A stretch of 64,000 bases of DNA from positions 15,233,675 through 15,297,674 of the forward strand of contig OZ037768.1 in assembly GCA_964035545.1 (NCBI GenBank). The letters are read 5' to 3'. The number at the start of each line of letters is the position of its first letter. Within the stretch, counting starts at the first letter, position 1. Shown piece after piece: positions 49,850 to 59,800 of the stretch. Source of the DNA: Bugula neritina. Taxonomy: Eukaryota; Animalia; Bryozoa. Both the position numbers and the translations under genes were made by a program. The notes under the pieces were generated by a model. The model made no database searches. It saw only the letters and a program-made list of their open reading frames with translations, and was not told the DNA's origin.

Positions 49850-49872
49850 AGGTTGCCCTTAACTATCCTGTG
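49850..49872 (-). repeat. Right terminal inverted repeat (AGGtTGCCCTTAACTATCCTGTG)
   Basis: Reverse complement is CACAGGATAGTTAAGGGCAACCT. Confidence 0.95.
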
Positions 49873-52800
49873 ATACTGCAACATACCGCAACATATTGAA
49901 ATACACCGTAACATATATTGAAAAACCCTGCGACACATTGAAAAATACTGCAACATACTGAAATATACGGCATTATGCTGAAATATAATGCGACACATTG
50001 AAATATACTGCAACTTACTGAAATATGCTGTAGCATACTGAAATACACTGCAACACACTGAAGTATTCTGAGATATACAGAAATATACTGTAACCTACTG
50101 AAACATACGGCACCATACTAAAATATACTGCCACACATTGAAATATACTGCAACATACTGAAATATGCTGTAGCATACTGAATTACACTGCAACATACTG
50201 AAACAAACTGTAACATATTAAAATACACTGCAACACACTGAAATATACTGAAACATACCGAAATATATGGTAACCTACTGAAATATGTTGCAAACTACTG
50301 AAACATACTGCAACATCCTGCAACAAAATGAAATATACTAAAACACACTGAAACATACTGCAAAATACTGAAATTAACTGTAACATACTAAGACATACTG
50401 CAGCATACTGAAATATAATGCAACATACTGAAATATACTGCAACATATTAAAATACACTGCAACACACTGCAACATACTGAAATATACTGTAACATATTG
50501 ATATACACTCCAACATACTGCAACATACTGAAATACACTGTAACATATTGAAATACATTGCAACACATTGAAATATACCGCAACATACCGAAGTATATGG
50601 TAGCGTACTGAAATATACTGTAACACATGGAAATATACTGCAACATACTGAAATACACTGCAACACACTAAAGTATACTGTAATTTACAGAATTGTACTG
50701 TGAAATGCTAAAATATACTTCAACATACTGAAAGATACCTAAAAACATTGAAACATACTGAATTACACTGTAACATACTGAAATACACTGCAACACATTC
50801 GAATATACTGAAACATGCCAAAATGTATTGTAACCTAGTGAAATATGTTACAAACTACTGAAATATACTGCAACATACTGCAATATAATGAAATATACTG
50901 CAACATACTGCAACATACTGAAGTACACTGCAGCACATTGAAATATACTGCAACATACCGAAATATGTGGTAACCTACTGAAACATGTTGCAAACCACTG
51001 AAACATACTGCAACATACTGCAAGAAAATGAAATATACTGTAACACACTGAAACTTAATGAAATATACTGCAAGGTACTGCAACATAATGAAATACATTG
51101 CAAGATACTGAAATACACTGCACCTCACTGCAACATACTGCAACATATTGAAATACACTGTAACATATTGAAAAAACACTGCGACACATTGAAATATACT
51201 GCAACAAACTGAAACATACGGCAACATACTGAAATATAATGCGACCGATTGAAATATACTGCAACATACTGAAATATGCTGTAGCATACTGAAATACACT
51301 GCACCATACTGAAATATACTGCAACATACTGAAACGTACGGCAACATACTGAAATATAATGCGACACATTGAAATACACTGAAACATACTGAAATATGCT
51401 GTAGCATACTGAAATACACTGCAACATGCTGAAATATACTGCAACATACTGAAATACACTGTAACATACTGAAATACACTGTAACATATTAAACTACACT
51501 GCAACACACTGAAACAAACTGAAACATACCGAAATATATGGTAACCTAGTGAACTATGTTGCAAACTACTGAAACATACTGCAAATTACTGAAATTAACT
51601 GTAACCTACTAAGACATAGTGCGACATACTGAAATATAATGCAACATACTGAAATATAATGCAACAAACTAAGACATACTGCAACATACTGAAATATAAT
51701 GCAACATACTGCAACATATCGAAATATACTGTAACATATTGATATACACTCCAACATACTGCAACATACCGAAATACACTGCTACATACTGAAATATACT
51801 GCAACATGTTGCAACATACTGAAATACACTGTAACATACTGAAATATGCTGCAACATACTACAACATATTGAAATACACTGCAACACATCGAAATATACT
51901 GCAACATAATTAAATATAAGGTAATATACTGAAATATACTGCAACATACTGAAATACACTGCTACATACTGAAATTGTAATGCAACATACTGCAACATAC
52001 TGAAATACACTGTAACATACTGAAATACACTGCAACATGCTACAACATATTGAAATACACTGCAACACATTGAAATATACTGCAACATACCTAAATATAC
52101 GGCAATTTACTGGAATATACTGTGACACATTGAAAAATACTGCAACATACTGAAATATACTGCAAGATACTGCAACATACTGAAATACACTGTAACATAC
52201 TGAAACACATTGCAACATACTGTATTATACTGACATACACTGGAACATTTTGAAATGCACTGCAACAAATTGTAGTATACTGCGACACATTGAAATATAC
52301 TGCAACATACTGAAATTTATTGCAAGATACTGCAACATACTGAATTACACTGTGACACACTGAGATACACTGCAACATACTGAAATACACTGCTACATAC
52401 TGAAATATACTGCAACATATTGCAACATACTGAAATACACTGTAACATACTGAAATATACTGCAACATACTGAAATACACTGCTACATACTGAAATATAC
52501 TGCAACATACTGCAACATACTGAAATACACTGTAACATACTGAAATACACTGCAACATACTACAACATATTGAAATACACTGCAACACATTGAAATATAC
52601 TGCAACATAACTAAATATATGGTAAGATACTGAAATATACTGCAAGCTACTTAAATACACTGCTACATACTGAAATATACTGCAAGATACTGCAACATAC
52701 TGAAATACACTGTAACATACTGAAATACACCGAAACATACCGCATTATACTGACATACACTGGAACATATTGAAATACACTGCAACAAATTGAAGTATAC

Positions 52801-53180
52801 TGCAACACACTGAAATATACTGCAACATACTGAAATACACTGTAACATACTGAAATATACTGCAACATACTGAAATACACTGCTACATACTGAAATATAC
52901 TGCAACATATTGCAACATACTGAAATACACTGTAACATACTGAAATATGCTGCAACATACTACAATATATTGAAATACACTGCAACACATCGAAATATAC
53001 TGCAACATAACTAAATATATGGTAATATACTGAAATATACTGCAACATACTGAAATACACTGCTACATACTGAAATTGTAATGCAACATACTGCAACATA
53101 CTGAAATACACTGTAACATACTGAAATACACTGCAACATGCTACAACATATTGAAATACACTGCAACACATTGAAATATA
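49873..53180 (+). repeat. Satellite A, distal segment (same 10-bp family, more diverged edge variants)
   Basis: The same monomers resume immediately after the insertion (atactgcaacataccgcaac) and end at ...cacattgaaatata (53180). Confidence 0.97.
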
Positions 53181-53879
53181 TGTATTAAAAAGTGCCTAAA
53201 TGTGCTAAAAGTGCCTAAATGTGCTGAAAGTGCCCAAATGTGCTAAAAGTGCCCAAATGTGCTGGAAAGTGCCTAAAAGTGCCTAAATGTGCTTAAAAGT
53301 GCCTAAATGTGCCTAAATGTGCTAAAAGTGCCTAAATGTGCTCGAAGTGCCTAAATGTGCTGAAAAGAGCCCAAATGTGCTAAAAAGTGGCTAAATGTGC
53401 CTAAATGTGCAGAAAGTGCAGAAAGTGCCTAAATGTCCTAAGAAGTGCCTAAATGTGCTAAAAAGTGCCTAAATGTGCTAAAAGCGCCTAAATGTGCTGA
53501 AAAATGCCTAAATGTGCTAAAAAGTGCTTAAATGTATTAAAAAGTGCCTAAATGTGCTAAAAGTGCCTAAATGTGCTGAAAGTGCCCAAATGTGCTAAAA
53601 GTGCCCAAATGTGCTGGAAAGTGCCTAAAAGTGCCTAAATGTGCTTAAAAGTGCCTAAATGTGCCTAAATGTGCTAAAAGTGCCTAAATGTGCTCGAAGT
53701 GCCTAAATGTGCTGAAAAGAGCCCAAATGTGCTAAAAAGTGGCTAAATGTGCCTAAATGTGCAGAAAGTGCAGAAAGTGCCTAAATGTCCTAAGAAGTGC
53801 CTAAATGTGCTAAAAAGTGCCTAAATGTGCTAAAAGCGCCTAAATGTGCTGAAAAATGCCTAAATGTGCTAAAAAGTGC
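53180..53879 (+). repeat. 352-bp tandem duplication at the start of satellite B
   Basis: tgtattaaaaagtgcc at 53181 and 53533; ctcgaagtgcc at 53341 and 53693. Identity ends near 53527/53879. Confidence 0.88.
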
Positions 53880-56800
53880 CCAAACGTGCTGGAAAGTGCC
53901 TAAAACTGCCTGATTGTGCTAAACAGTGCCTAAATGTGCCTAGATGTGCTAAAAGTCCCTTAATGTGCTGAAAAGTCCCCAAATGTGCTAAAAAGTGCCC
54001 AAATTTGCCTAAATGTGCTGAAAGTGCCTAAATGTGCTAAAAAGTGCCCAAATGTGATGAAAGCGCTAAAATGTGCTGAAAAGTGCCAAATGTGCTAAAA
54101 AGTGCCCAAATGTGCCTAAATGTGCTGAAAGTGCCTAAACGTGCTAAAAAGTGCCCAAATGTGATGAAAAGTGCCTAAATGTGCCTAAATGTGCTAAAAG
54201 TGCCTAAATGTGCTAAAACGTGCCTAAATGTGCTAAAAAGTGCCCAAAGATACTAAAAAGTACCTAAAGGTGCCTAAATTTGCTAAAAGTGCCCAAATGT
54301 GCTGGAAAGTGCCTAAAGTGCCTAAATGTGCTAAAGAGTGCCTAAATGTGCCTAAATGTGCCTAAATGTGCTAACAGTGCCTAAATGTGCTAAAAGTGCC
54401 CAAATGTGCTGGAAAGTGCCCAAATGTGCTAAAAAGTGCCCAAATGTGCTGGAAAGTGCCTAAAACTGCCTGATTGTGCTAAACAGTGCCTAAATGTGCC
54501 TAGATGTGCTAAAAGTCCCTTAATGTGCTGAAAAGTGCCAAATGTGCTAAAAAGTGCCCAAATGTGCCTAAATGTGCTAAAAGTGCCTAAATGTGCTAAA
54601 AAGTGCTAAATGTGCTAAAAGCGCCAAAATGTGCTGAAAAGTGCCTAAATGTGCCTAAATGTGCTAAAAGTGCCTTAACAAGCTAAAAAGGGCCTAAATG
54701 TGCTAAAAAGTGCCCAAAGGTGCTAAAAATTGCCTAAATGTGCCTAAATGTGCTTAAAAGTGCCCAAATGTGCTAAAAAGTGCCCAAATGTGCTGGAAAA
54801 TGCCTAGAAGTACCTAAATGTGCTGAACAGTGCCTAAATGTGCCTAAATGTGCTAAAAGTGCCTTAATGTGCTGAAAAGTGCCCAAATGTGCTAAAAAGT
54901 GCCCAAATGTGCTGGAAAGTGCCTAAAACTGCCTGATTGTGCTAAACAGTGCCTAAATGTGCCTAGATGTGCTAAAAGTCCCTTAATGTGCTGAAAAGTG
55001 CCAAATGTGCTAAAAAGTGCCCAAATGTGCCTAAATGTGCTAAAAGTGCCTAAATGTGCTAAAAAGTGCTAAATGTGCTAAAAGCGCCAAAATGTGCTGG
55101 AAAGTGCCTAAAACTGCCTGATTGTGCTAAACAGTGCCTAAATATGCTAAAAGTGCCGAAACGTGCTAAAAAAGGCCTAAATGTGCTAAAAAGTGCCCAA
55201 AGGTGCTGAAAAGTGTCTAAATGTGCCTAAATGTGCTTAAAAGTGCCCAAATGTGCTAAAAAGTGCCTAAATGTGCTAAAAGTGCCCAAATGTGCTGGAA
55301 AGTGCCTAAAAGTACCTAAATGTGCTGAACAGTGCCTAAATGTGCCCAAATGTGCTAGAAGTGCCTAAATGTGCTGAAAAATGCCCAAATATGCTAAAAA
55401 GTGCCTAAACGTGGTAAAACGTGCCCAAATGTGCCTAAATCTGCTAAAAGCGCCTAAACGTGCCTAAATGTGCTAAAAGTGCCTAAATGTGCTGAAAATC
55501 GCCTAAATTTGCTAAAAAGTGTCTAAATATGCTAAAGGTGCCCAAATGTGCTGGGAAGTGCCTAAAAATGCCTAATTGTGCTAAACAGTGCCTAAATTTG
55601 CCTAAATGTGCTAAAAGTGCCCAAATGTGCTAAAAGTGCCCAAATGTGCTGGAAAGTGCCTAAAAGTGCCTAAATGTGCTAAAAATGGCCTAAAAGTGCA
55701 TAAATGTGCTAAAAAGTCCCTAAATGTGCCTAAATGTGCTAAAAGTGCCTAAATGTGCTCAAAGTGCCTAAATGTGCTGAAAAGAGCCCAAATGTGCTAA
55801 AAAGTGGCTAAATGTGCCCAAATGTGCTGAAAGTGCCTAAATCTCCTAAGAAGTGTCTAAATGTGCTAAAAAGTGCCTAAATGTGCTAAAAGCGCCTAAA
55901 TGTGCTGAAAAGTGCCCAAATGTGCTGGAAAGTGCCTAAAACTGCCTGATTGTGCTAAACAGTGCCTAAATGTGCCTAGATGTGCTAAAAGTCCCTTAAT
56001 GTACTGAAAAGTGCCCAAATGTGCTAAAAAGTGCCCAAATGTGCCTAAATGTGCTGAAAGTGCCTAAATGTGCTAAAAAGTGCCCAAATGTGCTAAAAGC
56101 GCCTAAATGTGCTGAAAAGTGCCCAAATGTGCTGAAAAGTGCCTAAATGTGCCTAAATGTGCTAAAAGTGCCTAAATGTGCTAAAACGTGCCTAAATGTG
56201 CTAAAAAGTGCCCAAAGATACTAAAAAGTACCTAAAGGTGCCTAAATTTGCTAAAAGTGCCCAAATGTGCTGGAAAGTGCCTAAAGTGCCTAAATGTGCT
56301 AAAGAGTGCCTAAATGTGCCTAAATGTGCTAACAGTGCCTAAATGTGCTAAAAGTGCCCAAATGTGCTGGAAAGTGCCTAAAGTGCCTAAATGTGCTAAA
56401 CCGTGCCTAAATGTGCCTAAATGTGCTAAAAGTTCCTTAATGTGCTGAAAAGTGCCCAAATGGGCTAAAAAGTGCCCAAATGTGCCTAAATGTGCTGAAA
56501 GTGCCCAAATGTGCTAAAAATGCCCAAATGTGCTGGAAAGTGCCTAAAAGTGCCTAAAAGTGCCTAAATGTGCTAAACAGTGCCTAAATGTGCCTAAATG
56601 TGCTAAAAGTGCATCAATGGGCTGAAAAGTACCCAAATGTGCTAAAAAGTGCCTAAATGTGCCTAAATGTGCTGAAAGTGCCTAAATGTGCTAAAAAGTC
56701 CCTAAATGTGCTGAAAAGTGCCTAAATGGGCTAAAAAGTGTCTAAATGTGCTAAAAAGTGGCTAAATGTGCCTAAATGTGCTAAAAGTGCCCAAATGTGC

Positions 56801-59800
56801 TGGAAAGTGCCTAAAAATGCCTAAATGTGCTAAACAGTGCCTAAATGTGCCCAAATGTGCTAAAAAGTGCCTGAATGTGCCTAAATGTGCTGAAAGTGCC
56901 TAAATGTGCTAAAAAGTGCCGAAATGTGCTGAAAAATGCCTAAATGTGCTAAAAGTGCCTTAAAGTGCTTAAAAGTGCCCAAATGTGCTAAAAAGTGCCC
57001 AAATGTGCCTAAATGTGCTGAAAGTGCCTAAATGAGCTAAAAGTGCCCAAATGTGCTAAAAAGTGCCCAAATGTGCCTAAATGTGCTGAAAGTGCCTAAA
57101 TGTTCTAAAAGTGCCCAAATGTGCTGGAAAGTGCTTAAAAGTACCTAAATGTGCTGAACAGTGCCTAAATTTGCTCAAATGTGCTAAAAAGTGCCTAAAT
57201 GTGCTAAAAGCGCCTAAATGAGCTGAAAAGTGCCCAAATGTGCTAAAAAGTGCCTAAAAGTGATTAATTGCGCTAAACAGTGCCTAAATGTGCCTAAATG
57301 TGATAAAAGTGACTAAATGTGCTAAAAAGTGCCCAAATGTTCTAAAAGCGCCAAAATGTGCTACAAAAATGCCTAAAACTGCCTGATTGTGCTAAAAAGT
57401 GCCTAAAGGTGCCTAAATGTGCTAAAAGTGCCTAAACGTGCTAAAAAGGGCCTAAATGTGCTAAAAAGTGCCCAAAGGTGCTAAAAGCGCCAAAATGTGC
57501 TGGAAAGTGCCTAAAACTGCCTGATTGTGCTAAACAGTGCCTAAATGTGCTAAAAGCGCCTAAATGTGCTGAAAAGTGCCCAAATGTGCTAAAAAGTGCC
57601 TAAATGTGCTAAAAGTGCCCAAATGTGCTGGAAAGTGCCTAGAAGTGCCTAATTGCGCTAAACAGTGCCTAAATGTGCCTAAATGTGATAAAAGTGACTA
57701 AATGTGCTAAAAAGTACCCAAATGTGCTAAAAGCGCAAAAATGTGCTACAAAAATGCCTAAAACTGCCTGATTGTGCTAAACAGTGCCTAAAGGTGCCTA
57801 AATGTGCTAAAAGTGCCTAAACGTGCTAAAAAGGGCCTAAATGTGCTAAAAAGTGCCCAAATGTGCTAAAAATGCCCAAATGTGCTGGAAAGTGCCTAAA
57901 TGTGCTGAACAGTGCCTAAATGTGCCTAAATGTGCTAAAAGTGCATCAATGGGCTGAAAAGTTACCAAATGTGCTAAAAAGTGCCTGAATGTGCCTAAAT
58001 GTGCTGAAAGTGCCTAAATGTGCTAAAACGTGCCCAAATGTGCTAAAAGCGCCTAAATGTGCTGAAAAGTACCCAAATGTGCTGAAAAGTGCCTAAATGT
58101 GCCTAAATGTGCTAAAAGTGCCTAAATGTGCTAAAACATGCCTAAATGTGCTAAAAAGTGCCCAAAGATACTAAAAAGTACCTAAAGGTGCCTAAATTTG
58201 CTAAAAGTGCCCAAATGTGCTGGAAAGTGCCTAAAGTGCCTAATTGTGCTAAAGAGTGCCTAAATGTGCCTAAATGTGCCTAAATGTGCTAACAGTGCCT
58301 AAATGTGCTAAAAGTGCCCAAATGTGCTGGAAAGTGCCTAAAGTGCCTAAATGTGCTAAACCGTGCATAAATGTGCCTAAATGTGCTAAAAGTTCCTTAA
58401 TGTGCTAAACAGTGCCTAAATGTGCCTAAATGTGCTAAAAGTGCATCAATGGGCTGAAAAGTACCCAAATGTGCTAAAAAGTGCCTAAATGTGCCTAAAT
58501 GTGCTGAAAGTGCCTAAATGTGCTAAAAAGTCCCTAAATGTGCTGAAAAGTGCCTAAATGTGCTAAAAAGTGTCTAAATGTGCTAAAAAGTGGCTAAATG
58601 TGCCTAAATCTGCTAAAAGTGCCCAAATGTGCTGGAAAGTGCCTAAAAATGCCTAAATGTGCTAAACAGTGCCTAAATGTGCCCAAATGTGCTAAAAAGT
58701 GCCTGAATGTGCCTAAATGTGCTGAAAGTGCCTAAATGTGCTAAAAAGTGCCTAAATGTGCTGAAAAATGCCTAAATGTGCTAAAAGTGCCTTAAAGTGC
58801 TTAAAAGTGCCCAAATGTGCTAAAAAGTGCCCAAATGTGCCTAAATGTGCTGAAAGTGCCTAAATGAGCTAAAAGTGCCCAAATGTGCTAAAAAGTGCCC
58901 AAATGTGCCTAAATGTGCTGAAAGTGCCTAAATGTTCTAAAAGTGCCCAAATGTGCTGGAAAGTGCTTAAAAGTACCTAAATGTGCTGAACAGTGCCTAA
59001 GTTTGCTCAAATGTGCTAAAAAGTGCCTAAATGTGCTAAAAGCGCCTAAATGTGCTGAAAAGTGCTCAAATGTGCTAAAAAGTGCCTAAGGGTGCTAAAA
59101 GTGCCCAAATGTGCTGGAAAGTGCCTAAAAGTGATTAATTGCGCTAAACAGTGCCTAAATGTGCCTAAATGTGATAAAAGTGACTAAATGTGCTAAAAAG
59201 TGCCCAAACGTTCTAAAAGCGCCAAAATGTGCTACAAAAATGCCTAAAACTGCCTGATTGTGCTAAAAAGTGCCTAAAGGTGCCTAAATGTGCTAAAAGT
59301 GCCTAAACGTGCTAAAAAGGGCCTAAATGTGCTAAAAAGTGCCCAAAGGTGCTAAAAGCGCCAAAATGTGCTGGAAAGTGCCTAAAACTGCCTGATTGTG
59401 CTAAACAGTGCCTAAATGTGCTAAAAGCGCCTAAATGTGCTGAAAAGTGCCCAAATGTGCTAAAAAGTGCCTAAATGTGCTAAAAGTGCCCAAATGTGCT
59501 GGAAAGTGCCTAAAAGTGCCTAATTGCGCTAAACAGTGCCTAAATGTGCCTAAATGTGCTAAAAGTGCCTAAACGTGCTAAAAAGGGCCTAAATGTGCTA
59601 AAAAGTGCCCAAATGTGATGAAAGCGCTAAAATGTGCTGAAAAGTGCCAAATGTGCTAAAAAGTGCCCAAATGTGCCTAAATGTGCTGAAAGTGCCTAAA
59701 CGTGCTAAAAAGTGCCCAAATGTGATGAAAAGTGCCTAAATGTGCCTAAATGTGCTAAAAGTGCCTAAATGTGCTAAAACGTGCCTAAATGTGCTAAAAA

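Larger units (their letters stand above)
49117..49872. mobile_element. 756-bp non-autonomous TIR DNA transposon (MITE-like), probably CMC (CACTA/EnSpm/Chapaev-type) superfamily
   Basis: Left end CACAGGATAGTTAAGGGCA (49117-49135) is the exact reverse complement of right end TGCCCTTAACTATCCTGTG (49854-49872). ATA flanks both sides. Removing the element plus one ATA restores the in-register satellite (tgcaccATActgcaac). No transposase-sized ORF. The superfamily call rests only on the CAC termini and 3-bp TSD. Confidence 0.9.
46951..50440 (+). repeat. Dispersed ~450-bp duplicated block on either side of the transposon (~46951-47400 and ~49991-50440, offset 3040)
   Basis: Unique variants aagtattctgagatatacag, cggcaccatactaaaa, ctgccacacattg and aaacaaactg are shared. 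ORF ends 47143/50183. Confidence 0.8.

Noticed and set aside
49834-49872. RSS-like arrangement on the minus strand: CACAGGA, 23-bp spacer, ACAACTGCC (versus CACAGTG-23-ACAAAAACC), suggesting a RAG/Transib relative
   Set aside because: The heptamer matches only 5/7, the nonamer 6/9 with the central A-tract missing, there is no 12-spacer partner at the left end, and the TSD is 3 bp rather than the 5 bp of Transib/ProtoRAG. Likely coincidence.
53-53171. Hundreds of overlapping minus-strand ORFs (60-333 aa, rich in Q/Y/V/A/C/S/M/L/F)
   Set aside because: The minus-strand consensus (CAGTATGTTG / CAGTATATTT) has no stop codon in any frame, whereas the plus strand has TGA/TAA. ORFs overlap in all three frames with the same peptide words, and the 10-bp period is not a multiple of 3. 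These are repeat artefacts, not Cys-rich or membrane proteins.
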